DNA from: Salisapilia sapeloensis CBS 127946
Lineage: Eukaryota > Protista > Oomycota
DNA length: 58,496 nt
Assembly (NCBI GenBank): GCA_023334545.1
Contig: JAADVB010000106.1
Location: forward strand, 1-58,496
Reading direction: 5' to 3'
This document shows, in pieces, positions 38,531 to 50,075 of the stretch. The number at the start of each line of letters is the position of its first letter. Position 1 is the first letter of the stretch. Below the pieces are notes generated by a model. The model was not told the DNA's origin, ran no database searches, and saw only the letters and a list, made by a program, of their open reading frames with translations. Position numbers and translations under genes: made by a program.

Positions 38531-41022
38531 GAAAAGTAGAGGAGCGATCCGAGTTGATATGGATTTGTAATTATTTGAAAAGATATGGTGTATTTTAGGT
38601 TTTTATTTGGTTAGTAAATCCATTATAAAAGAATTTTGCGCCTAGTTTCATGGACAAACGGTGGTGGCATGAAATGGATGTTGCAGGTCATCTAAACGCT
38701 ATGTTAGATCAGACAAAGATTGTAAGCCAATCAATTTTAGCGTGTTCGTCCTTATTGGTGGAAATACGATAGATGTGACGGACGACAGGTTGAAAAAACA
38801 GGCATTCAAGATGAGAGCTTGGAAAGGCGTTGAAGCTGTCGAGGAAGCTATCCAATTCAAGTGCTCTGAACGTATCATCCAGCAGCAATTTTACCGAAAT
38901 GCAACTACTCTATACATGGTGTATTCACGCTCCGATTTGTTGCGAACCATATAATGACAATCTAAAAAGATACTTTTAATTCTCGTAATGCTCTCGTCAA
39001 TGAATCTTGTTGACGAGGTTCACGGACAAAGCATGCCTTGAAGCGATTTATAGACTTTAAGCCCACTGCCACAAGTTGAACTAAAGCAATGATTGTTTTC
39101 AATATACGAAGATTTCCAGCATAAACAAAAAATTATATAAACAAAAGCAAAACTGGTAACTTCCTACCAAAGCTAGTACATCAAATTCACTATCTAGCGC
39201 AGGTAGACAAGTCACGAACAGCATCAAGTAGTAGTATGTATACACTTGATAAGGTCTAGTTGGCTTGAAACTTAGATAAATCTATGATGAAGCTGCGGGA
39301 ACATCTTCATGAGCTTAGAAACCGTTGCATTAAAAGTCTTTTTGCTAACCTACGCTTGGCTGGGGTCCTTCATCCGTCAAATCCAAAAAACTATATGTTT
39401 TTAGCTCCAGAACATTGCTCATCGTGCAACTGCAAACGTCACATCAATCGATCGCCCATCTGAAGTTGACAAAGTATGTGTTCGTTTGAAGTTCTTAAAG
39501 CTTCATCTTATCCATTATCCACTTGCTAACGTGTAGATCTACTATCTTCCTGTAATCCATGTAAAGCACTGATACATGCATATTATCGTCAGGAAATTTA
39601 GTATTGTATTTTAATGTTAGCAGTAATTGATTCGTCGGACATGAGATACTAGGTTGGAGTGTGCATTCAGTCACTAGCTAAAAACCCTTTCGCCTCACTC
39701 TCAGTTTCATCAACCTTTGGTCGAAAATACGTTACTCCGTGGTAATCTTCTCAAGTAGTCGCTTTCATATAGCAGTGCTAGGTATAAGGACAAGTATTGA
39801 GTGCAAAGTAAAAAAAGATACTTCATATTCGATGCCACAGATTTGTGGAGGGCCACCTTCCGTTTTTAAAGCAAAGTGGACTCATCCCATAAATTGGCAC
39901 GATGATAGGTGTATAAAAGGAAGCGGACCTTTAGATGCTAGCTTCCGGTTAGAGGGTTAATCTCTTACCACAACGTCTTTTACAACACACCTGCTTCGGT
40001 TTGGCTGATTTCTAGCAGGTTAACTGCTTTGAAGACTAGTGGACAACGCTTAAAAAGTTGTACGCTCAAGCATCAGAAACAAATCATTTTTTGTAGTCTG
40101 ATTTTCTTTGCGCTAGATTTATCCCACATACGCAATGCGTTAAATGCTAGCTTTCGTAGGGCTGTAGCGAGTATTTTGTAGCACAGAATGGTGTGGACGC
40201 TAGTCAATTTGATATATTGTTGTGATGAAAAGATGCATGAATAGGTCTGCCGATGCTTTTTGGGCATGGTTTGTGGAGGAATGCTTTCTTCTCGCCACTA
40301 GATGCAGGAGTTTCATCGTACTTAAACTCTTTACACCTTCAATTATAACTTTTTTGTGCTATATCCAGGTAACAATGCAAGTAGATTGTATCTATGTGTA
40401 TGTCTAAATATTTGCACGAACAAGTCTAATAGGCGATTCCTCTCCCTGTGAGACGTGCAAAGTCTTGAAGGAAACAGCGGAAACCACACCTGTCACTTCA
40501 AGTTGCACTGGACCTCTGAAACCGAATACTGGGTAGACGCGACTGTCGAGACTTCAAGTCTGAGATAGCTCTCGACACGCGATCATGTCCAAGCGCAAGG
40601 ATATCAGTTGACGTGATGGCCAAGGTGGCAATCGTAGTGGAAACGTCGCTAGCTAGACAGCGTTCACTGCGTATCAAATTCTACTTCCGCGCTTCCAGTA
40701 AACACCGTACCACCACAAGCGCCACAAACCTAAGCGTCCTCTACCACCTCCAACACCGATGCAAGCATCCGCAAGCTTCCTTGGCTGGCTAACGCTTGCG
40801 CACTTCATGCACCAGTTGGTCTGAAGTTACCAGTGCCATGACGCGCCCTCGTAGGTGCTTCCGCTTCAGAAACCGTTTTCATTGGTATAAATTTCATTAC
40901 CAACAAACTTTTCGCCAATCAACATGCAGTCTATTTCAACTTCAACCGAGCACGGAAAGATCTACTTCTCAGCACTTCCGAATTCGCTCCGGACCAAGCA
41001 CATTCATTCTCCATTGCCCACG

Positions 41023-42714
41023 ATGGTTGCCTCTTTCCTTCGACTGCACCGCCCAGTGGCGCGCAGCTTCCTCAAGCCCACGACTGCTCGCTTCTTTGCC
41101 AGCGCGGCCACCACGCCCAACGCGTCGGCATCTTCGCTCGGACTCGACAAGTTCGGCATCTCGAGCGACGCCAAGGTCTTCCACAATCTCACGTACGATG
41201 AGATTGCGCAGCACGAGGACTTCAACAAAGAAGGCCAGCGCACGGCGAATGGCACGTACACCATCGACACGGGTGCCTTCACTGGCCGCTCGCCCAAGGA
41301 CAAGTACTTTGTCGACCAGAACCCGTCGAACAAGCACATTTGGTGGGGCGACATCAACAAGCCCATGTCTCCGGAAGTCTTTGATGAACTGTACGACACG
41401 GTGACGGACCACTACTCTGGTGCGGACAAGGTCTATGTCTTTGACGGATACGCGGGTGCGAACCCCAAGTCCCGCAAGCGCGTTCGCTTCGTGACGGAAA
41501 TTGCGTGGCAACACCACTTTGTTACGAACATGTTCCTTCGCCCGCAGTCGCGCGAAGAGATTGACAACTTCCAGCCGGACTTTACGATCGTGAACGCTTG
41601 CAAAGTGACGAACGAGGAGTACAAGAAGCACGACCTCAACTCGGACGTCTTTGTCGCCTTCAACATTGAGAAGGATGTTGCCGTCATCGGAGGTACGTGG
41701 TACGGTGGAGAGATGAAGAAGGGTATCTTTTCCATGCTCAACTACTGGCTCCCGCTCGAGGACGTGATGGCCATGCACTGCTCTGCCAACAAGGGTAAGA
41801 ACGGAGACACTGCGCTCTTCTTCGGTCTCTCTGGTACGGGAAAGACGACCCTCTCGGCTGACCCGAAGCGTTACCTCATCGGAGATGACGAGCACGGCTG
41901 GGACGAGGATGGTATCTACAACTTTGAAGGTGGATGCTACGCCAAGACTATCAACTTGTCTCCTGAGAACGAACCGGACATTTTCAATGCCATCAAGAAG
42001 GATGCCTTGTTGGAAAATGTCACAGTGGACCCGAAGACGGGCGTCCCGGACTACGCGGACACGTCCAAGACGGAGAACGGCCGAGTCTCGTACCCGATCT
42101 TCCACATTGACAACCACGAGCCGAACTCGATGGGCGGCCACCCGAGCAACGTCGTATTCCTCACATGCGACGCGTACGGTGTGCTTCCACCGGTTGCCAA
42201 GCTGTCGCCCGGCCAGGCTCAGTTCTACTTCTTGAGCGGATACACGGCCAAGGTCGCTGGTACCGAGCGTGGTGTGACGGAGCCCACGGCCACGTTCAGC
42301 GCCTGCTTCGGTGCTGCCTTCCTACCTCTCCACCCGACCAAGTACGCTGACCTCCTCCAGAAGAAGTTGGAGCAGCACGGAACAGACGTGTACATGGTCA
42401 ACACTGGCTGGACCGGCGGCCGCTACGGCGTCGGCAACCGCATGAGCATCAAGGACACGCGTGCTTGCATTGACGCCATCTTGGACGGTTCCATCAAGGA
42501 TTCTGACTTCAAGACGGATGACATCTTCGGCTTTGAGGTGCCCAAGACTCTTGGCAACATTTCTCCGAAGGTCCTCGACCCGCGTGAAGCGTGGGCAGAC
42601 AAGAAGGAGTTCGATGTGACGGCTCAGAAGCTCGCCAAGATGTTCCAGGACAACTTCACTAAGTACGTGTCCAAGGACCACACTGACTACTCGTCCTACG
42701 GACCGAAAGTCTAG
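41023..42714 (+). CDS. PCK1: ATP-dependent phosphoenolpyruvate carboxykinase with a predicted mitochondrial transit peptide
   Basis: [43 protein letters not shown] and EGGCYAK. Probable start [27 protein letters not shown] at 41023, just after an Inr-like TCATTCTCCATT at 41004. Confidence 0.96.
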   Translation: MVASFLRLHRPVARSFLKPTTARFFASAATTPNASASSLGLDKFGISSDAKVFHNLTYDEIAQHEDFNKEGQRTANGTYTIDTGAFTGRSPKDKYFVDQNPSNKHIWWGDINKPMSPEVFDELYDTVTDHYSGADKVYVFDGYAGANPKSRKRVRFVTEIAWQHHFVTNMFLRPQSREEIDNFQPDFTIVNACKVTNEEYKKHDLNSDVFVAFNIEKDVAVIGGTWYGGEMKKGIFSMLNYWLPLEDVMAMHCSANKGKNGDTALFFGLSGTGKTTLSADPKRYLIGDDEHGWDEDGIYNFEGGCYAKTINLSPENEPDIFNAIKKDALLENVTVDPKTGVPDYADTSKTENGRVSYPIFHIDNHEPNSMGGHPSNVVFLTCDAYGVLPPVAKLSPGQAQFYFLSGYTAKVAGTERGVTEPTATFSACFGAAFLPLHPTKYADLLQKKLEQHGTDVYMVNTGWTGGRYGVGNRMSIKDTRACIDAILDGSIKDSDFKTDDIFGFEVPKTLGNISPKVLDPREAWADKKEFDVTAQKLAKMFQDNFTKYVSKDHTDYSSYGPKV

Positions 42715-42931
42715 GTTAGTCTACACTAGTTAAAACACGAATGGAGTACGTTTACATACAGTCTAAAGCTTGGCTTGTAGTACGCTCTACCTTTCATATT
42801 CGTACGCAGTGAGGTAATATGAATGATAAAGAAAAAATAGATTCTTAGATACGAGTACACTGGTTGCTAGCCGTTTTATTCTTGTTCCTATAAAAAGTTA
42901 TTTTAGCATTATCTGTGTAAATACTCGTACC

Positions 42932-43679
42932 ATGGGTCTCTTTCAACAGCTCCATGATGCGCTAGGCTTCAAGAAGGCTCCTGTACGCATCCTCGTCGTC
43001 GGACTCGACAACAGTGGGAAGACGACGCTCGTGAACCATCTCAAGCCAAAGAAAACGCAGGCAAGAGAGGTGGTGCCGACTGTCGGCTTCCAGGTCGAAG
43101 AGTTTAGCAAGAACAGTCTTAATTTCACAGTCTTCGATATGTCTGGCCAGGTAGATCTCATTTCCAATCGAACATACTGGACAGAGCTGTTGATCCTAAC
43201 GATGTTAAACGATAGAGTCGATACAGAAACCTCTGGGAGACATACTATAGCTCCGTTCAGGTATCTTAGATCCATCTTCGCATGTGAACTATCGCACATT
43301 ACAATTGCTTTGTGATAGGCAATCATCTTTGTGCTCGACGCGACGGACGGACTTCGTCTGTGCGTGGCTAAGGACGAGCTGGAACAGCTTCTCCAGCACA
43401 AAGAGCTGTCGTCCTCCAACATCCCCATCCTATTCTTCGCCAACAAGATGGACCTAGCACAAGCCGTTAGTCCAGTGGAATGCATGGAGCAACTGGAGCT
43501 ACAGAAACTACAAGGCCGCTCGTGGCACATTACGTACAAACTCTCTAGGTTACCACACCAATACTTTGACTAATATGTCCATAATCGATAGAGCTAGCAA
43601 TGCCGTCACAGGCAGAGGCGTAGATGACGGTATCTCATGGCTCGCGAATCAACTTTCCAAGTCCAAGAGCCGTAAGTAG
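42932..43679 (+). CDS. ARL6: ARF-like GTPase ARL6/BBS3 (4 exons; introns 43151-43215, 43261-43318, 43534-43591)
   Basis: MG start, GLDNSGKTT, FDMSGQ|SRYRNLWETYY, FFANKMDL and WHIT|ASNAVTG. Confidence 0.9.
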
Positions 43680-43803
43680 ACTCACCAAATTGCTTGAGAA
43701 CGAACAAAGACACTGTCATGCTTTCAAAAGGAATATATGCTTTTTCGGTATGAATTAGTCCTTCTAGTCTCGAAGGTGCAAAAGAGAAAATTGTTTGTCC
43801 CGC

Positions 43804-46800
43804 TTATGGGGTCAGCATGAAGTCCACATCTTCGTCCTTGGCCGCATTATTCTTGTACATCTTGTACAGCACCGCGCCGATGGCGATGCACACGACACCG
43901 GACGCCACGGCGACACCGGCGATCACGCCAGCAGACGTACCAGCGGCGTTGCTAGGCGCGTTGCCAGACAGAGTGGTGATATCCTCTTCGTCGTCAGTGA
44001 CTACATCCTCGTCGGTAGTGGATGCAGAGCTGGTGGAGTTGTTGTCGCCCTTGACATAGTTGCCTGGCAGCACACATCCCCAAGCGCCCGTCGAGAGCAT
44101 TTGGCACTGCGTGTCTGCCGGAAGAGCGCACGATCCATCGTCGGAAGCACTCGGCAAGTAGTCGTGGCAGTCCGCGACGGAAACTGCTCCTTGCGTCGGG
44201 CACTTTGTGCCCTCAGGCTCCGCGCCAGAACCACTACAGATCGGACCAGAGATGCAGTACGTCGCATCGTGCTCGACACTCACTTCCATGCACTCTTCGC
44301 CACCAGGAGCCGATGATGCGGCAGCCGTGGAAGCAGGGGTAGAGGCTGGAGTGGAAGCAGGCGTGTCGTCCTCATCGTCCTCATCCGTCTCCGAAGTCGA
44401 AGCAGGAGTAGACGCAGGCGTAGAGGCAGGCGTAGAGACAGGAGTGTCGTCGTCATCGTCCAAATCGTTAATAAAGGTCGGGGAAGGAGTAGAGGCAGGG
44501 GTAGAGGCAGGCTCATCATCCTCATCTTCACTGTCCGATACACCAGTCGAGGCAGGGGTAGAAGCAGGGGTAGAAGCAGGCTCGTCATCCTCGTCATTGT
44601 CAGACACCGAAGTGGAAGCAGGGGTCGAGTCCGGAGTAGAAGCAGGCGTGTCGTCCTCACCGTCATCAGACACACCGGTCGAGGCAGGCGTGGAAGCAGG
44701 CGTAGAGTCAGGCGTATCATCCGAAGCATCCGTAGCGGACGGAGTCACAGCAGGCGTAGCATCGTGATCTCCCGATTCAGAGTCCTCCGAGTGATCGCCA
44801 CTGGCTCCGCTCTCCGAGTCCTCATGACTGCTGGCATCAGAGCCCTCCACACCGCTGGCTCCACTCTCAGACTCTTCCTTGTCGCTGTCAGATCCTTCGA
44901 CACCACTAGCTCCACTCTTCGAGTCCTCCTTGTCGCTGTCAGAGCCCTCAACGCCACTGGCACCGCTATCAGACTCTTCACCGCTTCCGACATTGCTGTC
45001 CGAGTCGCCAACGTCCACCGCACCGCTGTCCGAGTCACCGACATCCACCGCACCAGAGCCAGAAGCACTGCCGCTGCTGCTCGTCGTGTATTCCTCGATG
45101 ACTTCCTCCAAGTACTCTTCAATCTCCTCCATCTCTTCTTGCATCGACTGGGTGTACTCGATGGTAACGTACTCTCCACCTTCGGCACTTCCAGCCATGC
45201 TCTGCGCTTCTTCAATGTACTCCATGGCCATTTCCATCGCGTGCTGCGCAGCCTCAACGTACCACTCTTCCGTCCACGAGACAGTCTCGTTCCAGAGGAC
45301 GACACTGCCAAAGTCCTGGTAAATCTCGTCGATCTCTTCGTCCGACACAAACTCCAGGCTTTCCACCGAGAACTCGTTACTGTACGCCGCAACGGACAAG
45401 TTGCCAGACGCAATGCTGTCCGCGATCTTACCACACATCGGACGATCGGTCGCGAGGTAGAAGTCCTTCACAAGGTCATCGGAAAAGTCCGAGATCGTGA
45501 AAGCGCTGTTGAACGTGTTACACTCAATGAGCTGCATCTGCTGCGCCACGAGCGCCAAGTTACCGTCGAATTTGGTTGCTAGCGTCTCGTAGTTCTGGTT
45601 GAGCCACTGCCAGTACGAGCCAGACGTGGCGGCAGAAGCAGTCACGTTGCGCTCGACCATGGTGCCAGAGACGTTCACCATCTCCTTGACGACCGAGTCG
45701 GCGTAGTAGTTGGAAGAGTCGTATTCAGAAGTGTAGAGCAGACCCGTGTGCGGCGTCGTGATGATGTCGTTCGCGGCAAAGAAGGCATTGTAGCCTCCGT
45801 ACTGCTGGTACACGTTCCACGCGTTGGCAATGTAGTCGTCGCTGTATTCAACGCTGTACGTCGACTCAGTCTGTTCCTCCTCTGACCACTGGTAGAATTC
45901 CGAGTAGTACGTCGTAGTCGTCGTCGTGTACGTCGTCGTGTACGTGTACGAAGAGCTCTCTTCGTCGTTACCAAAGACGAGGTCGACCCAGAAATCGAAC
46001 CAGTGAGAGTGGTCCGTCTCCGGCGTCGTGTAGCCGTATCCGCCGCCATCGGCAGAAGACACATCCACCGATCCAGAAGAGACGTCCGACCCTGACTCTA
46101 CGTCCTCACTTTCAGACACGGCAGACTCAGCCGTGTCGTACCACGACTCTTGGCTAGACTCCACCGAGGTGTTGCCAGACATGACACGAGCAAAGCCTTG
46201 GCACATGTCAGCGTTTGTCAGGAGCTGCTGACGAAGCACCTCCGGCAGCTCGTACGTGTAGCTGTAGTCACCCAACTGCTGGATGTCACCATAGTTCCAC
46301 ATTTCGTTTCCGGCCGGAGCAAAGTACTGGCCGATACGAGGGTGATCCGTCACGTCCATGAGGACACCGTCCACCATGACGTTCATAATGATCGGAGACG
46401 ACGGGCCGACGCCACTCGCGGCACCACACTTGGAAGTGATGTGAGCAAACGCCTGGAGCGAGTCACGGTACTCTTGCTCCGTGAGCGGAATACCGATACG
46501 GCAGAGGTGGTAGACGTGCGAGAACATGTCCACGGCAGTGTGCCAGGACCAGAAGAAGGCATCCCGAGGAGATGCCATGGTCGCCATGACACCACCCACG
46601 GCGTTATGCACTTCATTATGGATACCGTACTGGAGCTGGCCGAGGAAGGACGCGTAGTCCTCGGATCCAGCAACGATGTTCTGGAAGGTAGAGAAACCTG
46701 CAGCGGACGGAACGGACTGCTGCGTCAGGTCGTTTCGGACCATGACACCACACTGTCCATCGTCATCACAGTTCTCGGTGAATGGGAAGCCGCGGTAGAC

Positions 46801-47337
46801 GTAGCCTTTCGTGGTAACCCCGTTGACGGTGGTTGTCGCCATCGCGCCGGAGGGTTCGCCGCCTAGACCGGCAAAGATAGGAGAACATTCGTACATGTTG
46901 TTACACTCGCCGCTCGCCATCTTGGCGTACGCCGTGTGGACATCATAGTACGGCATGGTGACACAAGCGTATTTGTCGCCTTGGTCACGTAAGAAGTTTT
47001 CAAATGCAAGGAGGTAGCGACGGTGCCAGTTCAGGAATCCACATGAGTGGTATGCCTGGGCTTCACTGAGCTGCTCGAGGTGGATGGCCGCAAAGTCGGC
47101 AAAGGCGCCCGAGTCCATCGCGGTTGCGACGGCTTCAAGGAACAGACCTTGTTCGTCATCGGAGAGAGACTCCCACGGACGACGGATACGAGCTCCGTCA
47201 CCACACTGGGTGTTTCCACCGGGGAGATCGACAGAGTTTCCAGCCGCACTGAAGATCGCATCGGAGTTGGTGTTGACGGTGTCTTGCGCAGACGCAACGC
47301 CGAGGGCGATCCCTGCGACGATGGAAGCGAGCTTCAT
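43804..47337 (-). CDS. Type I membrane protein: signal peptide, tyrosinase (dicopper) domain, acidic S/T-rich mucin stalk, oomycete Cys-rich domain and TM helix
   Basis: Signal MKLASIVAGIALGVASA; CuA-like IH…YHSCGFLNWHRRYL; CuB HNEVH…SPRDAFFWSWH; domain CMEVSVEHDATYCISGPICSG…CP…ADC…C…QC…TGAWGCV; TM GVIAGVAVASGVVCIAIGAVL. Confidence 0.88.
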   Translation of the reverse strand: MKLASIVAGIALGVASAQDTVNTNSDAIFSAAGNSVDLPGGNTQCGDGARIRRPWESLSDDEQGLFLEAVATAMDSGAFADFAAIHLEQLSEAQAYHSCGFLNWHRRYLLAFENFLRDQGDKYACVTMPYYDVHTAYAKMASGECNNMYECSPIFAGLGGEPSGAMATTTVNGVTTKGYVYRGFPFTENCDDDGQCGVMVRNDLTQQSVPSAAGFSTFQNIVAGSEDYASFLGQLQYGIHNEVHNAVGGVMATMASPRDAFFWSWHTAVDMFSHVYHLCRIGIPLTEQEYRDSLQAFAHITSKCGAASGVGPSSPIIMNVMVDGVLMDVTDHPRIGQYFAPAGNEMWNYGDIQQLGDYSYTYELPEVLRQQLLTNADMCQGFARVMSGNTSVESSQESWYDTAESAVSESEDVESGSDVSSGSVDVSSADGGGYGYTTPETDHSHWFDFWVDLVFGNDEESSSYTYTTTYTTTTTTYYSEFYQWSEEEQTESTYSVEYSDDYIANAWNVYQQYGGYNAFFAANDIITTPHTGLLYTSEYDSSNYYADSVVKEMVNVSGTMVERNVTASAATSGSYWQWLNQNYETLATKFDGNLALVAQQMQLIECNTFNSAFTISDFSDDLVKDFYLATDRPMCGKIADSIASGNLSVAAYSNEFSVESLEFVSDEEIDEIYQDFGSVVLWNETVSWTEEWYVEAAQHAMEMAMEYIEEAQSMAGSAEGGEYVTIEYTQSMQEEMEEIEEYLEEVIEEYTTSSSGSASGSGAVDVGDSDSGAVDVGDSDSNVGSGEESDSGASGVEGSDSDKEDSKSGASGVEGSDSDKEESESGASGVEGSDASSHEDSESGASGDHSEDSESGDHDATPAVTPSATDASDDTPDSTPASTPASTGVSDDGEDDTPASTPDSTPASTSVSDNDEDDEPASTPASTPASTGVSDSEDEDDEPASTPASTPSPTFINDLDDDDDTPVSTPASTPASTPASTSETDEDDEDDTPASTPASTPASTAAASSAPGGEECMEVSVEHDATYCISGPICSGSGAEPEGTKCPTQGAVSVADCHDYLPSASDDGSCALPADTQCQMLSTGAWGCVLPGNYVKGDNNSTSSASTTDEDVVTDDEEDITTLSGNAPSNAAGTSAGVIAGVAVASGVVCIAIGAVLYKMYKNNAAKDEDVDFMLTP
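44335..45060 (-). repeat. Coding tandem repeats in the mucin-like stalk
   Basis: Multiple acidic-TPASTPAST units, three SGASGVEGSD units and two SGAVDVGDSD units. Confidence 0.85.
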
Positions 47338-47356
47338 GACCTGTCGAAGAGGGCGC

Positions 47357-47370
47357 AAATCGAAGAATGG
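47357..47370 (-). promoter_or_regulatory. Inr/FPR core promoter of the tyrosinase-like gene (CCATTCTTCGATTT)
   Basis: Matches YCATTYBNNNWTTY, 20-33 nt upstream of ATG 47337. Confidence 0.6.
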
Positions 47371-47784
47371 TAGGCCAGAGAAGACGAGCAGGAGCTGAGA
47401 TTTTCTATACAGCGCTCAAATTTGTTCGACGATCGCGTTGTTGAGATACTGGACACTCGGAGCTGGATACCACGACCTTGAACGACGCTTATGGAGTGAC
47501 ACGCAAAATTTTCCCCTGGACATCCACGTACACAGGTGACCAGGATGAATAAGATGTCGGGATGCATAGAGAAGCTCTTTTAGCGTCGGGTAGGCATGAT
47601 ATCTTTATCTTCTACCATCGTAATGGGTGCAATTGGACTGTATGCATTGTCTCTGCCCATGGTAATCTCTATCGCATCCAAATGTGACTAGTCGCGTCGA
47701 ACGTACGTACGCGGAAAGACAGAGACAAACAAAGACACAAAGATACAATAATCCAATAAGATTGTATTGATAGCAAATGCAAAA

Positions 47785-48672
47785 TTACGTTCGTCGACGA
47801 CCGACAAACGGTATAAAGCGCTTCACTCGCGCGAAGAATCCAGCTCGGTTGTTGTTATTGTTCCGGCGGCGCTCTTGCCGAGGCGTGCGTGCGCGACGGT
47901 AACCTGGGTGATTATGTTGCTTACCACGAGCAGTCTTTCGGAACTGGATAAACATGCCAAGAAGGAAGAGGACGATCGTGCCGACCAGATATCCCCACCA
48001 GGCTGCTGGCATGTTCCAGTCCCAGTCATCGTTGAAGTCCTTGTAACGATACCGAACCATATCAACTGCGCTGGGATAGTCGCGAGCAAAGTAGCCGAGA
48101 CCCCAGACTGTCAGCCAGGCGCCAGCAAATGCCGTGGAAACGATCAGCACAGGCTTCTCGATCTTGATCGCAAGTAGACCACCAAGGATACCGAGGACAC
48201 ACACGAGGATAATGAAAATGACACTCGGGTGGCTCGGGTAGATGAGGTATCCAAACGACGTCATGGCCAGCACGGCGAGTACGATGCCTCCCGACGCACC
48301 CACGATGAACACACCAGCCGTGTAGACAAACATGACGAGGGCTCCGCATATGACACCACCGACGAGGAAGCCGATCCACGACCCAGTGTACAGCCAATCG
48401 CTGTCATCATCTGCAGCATACTCGAAGATCGCAGCGACGATCGCTCCACCGACGATGAAGCCAACAACGATCATGGTCGGATAAATCCATCGGTATCCGA
48501 GGAAGCAGATGATCAGACCGAAGATCATGGCTAATACGGCAAAAATGCTTCCACCCCAATCGATTCCATCCGTGGAGCTGAAGATGGAATTGACCGTGTC
48601 TGTAGCAGTCCAGCCTGCATGTACCAGCGGCAAGAGCGAGAAGAGGCAAAGAATTGGATGAAGTGAACTCAT
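47785..48672 (-). CDS. TM7SF3/DUF4203-like multipass membrane protein with a signal peptide
   Basis: GLIICFLGYRWIYPTMIVVGFIVGG…AGVFIVGASGG…EKPVLIVSTAFAGAWL pattern; Arg-rich tail. Probable ATG at 48672. Confidence 0.75.
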   Translation of the reverse strand: MSSLHPILCLFSLLPLVHAGWTATDTVNSIFSSTDGIDWGGSIFAVLAMIFGLIICFLGYRWIYPTMIVVGFIVGGAIVAAIFEYAADDDSDWLYTGSWIGFLVGGVICGALVMFVYTAGVFIVGASGGIVLAVLAMTSFGYLIYPSHPSVIFIILVCVLGILGGLLAIKIEKPVLIVSTAFAGAWLTVWGLGYFARDYPSAVDMVRYRYKDFNDDWDWNMPAAWWGYLVGTIVLFLLGMFIQFRKTARGKQHNHPGYRRARTPRQERRRNNNNNRAGFFARVKRFIPFVGRRRT

Positions 48673-50075
48673 ATTCGCTTGAGTGTCCAAGAGTTGGCGA
48701 GTTCGTGAATGCCGACATGATTGATGTGGTGCCGAGTTCGAGGAAGGAGAGGACAAAAATTAAATTTTTGAAGTTGTCCATGTGATACGGTACATCTTTG
48801 TAAAAAATATCAGGATAATTATACATTTCAAAAGTACCGCAAAGAAACTCATACAACAGAATTGTTGATAGAATAGACGGTGCCATTAGGCGTTAAATCA
48901 GGTCAAAACTCTGGTAGGTTTTCTCGATGGACGACATAGAGGAAATAAAATAAGGTTACCATTGATTTGCACCATGCATATCAACACCTTGTCCGACTAT
49001 TTATCACTCATATTTGCACTTTGAGTCATGTTACCTGGAGCATATTCACGCGAGAGTGGAGATGCAAAAGTAGTACGCTCTTAAAAAAGTGAGATTGCAT
49101 TTAACATGCAATCATCGTCCTGATCCTCCATCCGTCTTTGCGACACGTTAGCAGAGGGATGTGTTGCGTTGAAGTCAAGAGGCCATGTCTTGTTAGAGGA
49201 TTAATTGAGAGATGATGTTTAATGTACATGACGAGCAGCTACACTTTGGGACAAGTGAGGCTATCACATTTTGATGTGATGAGATATTTCAGCTTGCGTT
49301 TCGAGTAACGAAATTCTACTGCGTTTCTTTTGTATATAAACTTCTTTCGTCCAAAAGAGCTATGTATCTCATCCTTCCAAACTTTCTTGTGCAATTCATG
49401 CAGAGTAGCTGCTCCTTGGATTCATACGCATCGAACGAATTCATCATTTGCGGACCAGTAGAAGGTAGTGGAACAGTACTACGAGACAGCGATAGTGTCG
49501 AGACGGGGTCTATCCATGCAAGAGACATCGCATACCCTTTCAGCAAAAGCTGTTTGCAGAAAAGTGATACGACTTCACATTTCCACAGGCATGTATCATA
49601 CTCAAGAGCACCGGTGATGTCGAGTAGAGTAGTTTCCGAATCACTTAATCTTGGTGGAAATTTTCCCATCCCACTTCAACTTCAGACTGCCTCTGTCCAT
49701 GCACTCGACTTGAAGGCACTTTGTACAGCGTAACTTACCATGCATAGCACCCTGATCGGCCCAGAGCTATCGACACTGCTTTGAGTATCTTTACTAAAAT
49801 CCATCTTACATCTGATACTTCAAGCGAAATCCATCTTCGATGAACAAAATCCGTCTCCACTGACCACAAGCTGGTCGTAGAATCCATGATCTCAACCAGC
49901 GGAATGCTCACGTATTCATCTACTAAACACACCCAAAGGACTACTCTCAGTACAACTATATCTACAGACATGTTGATCCTATCAAGTACAAGACACCAAC
50001 GTTTCGTCAGAAAATCTTTATTCCGTCGTAAAACTTAATGCAAAAAGACGTCAAAGGTCCTATCCATCATCCACG

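Noticed and set aside
38531-41000. 2.5-kb AT-rich spacer between AHCY and PEPCK
   Set aside because: Read on both strands without finding credible ORFs, tRNA folds, snoRNA boxes with stems or repeats. Only generic CCAAT/TATA-like words near PEPCK.
40969-42141. 390-aa antisense ORF over PEPCK (likewise 2997-3632, 44764-45582, 50095-51147, 25138-25755)
   Set aside because: Shadow ORFs of biased or low-complexity genes, with V/L/R- or S-rich composition typical of antisense frames.
49316-49971. Short overlapping ORFs between the DUF4203 and acidic surface genes
   Set aside because: No recognisable domain and no consistent splice model.
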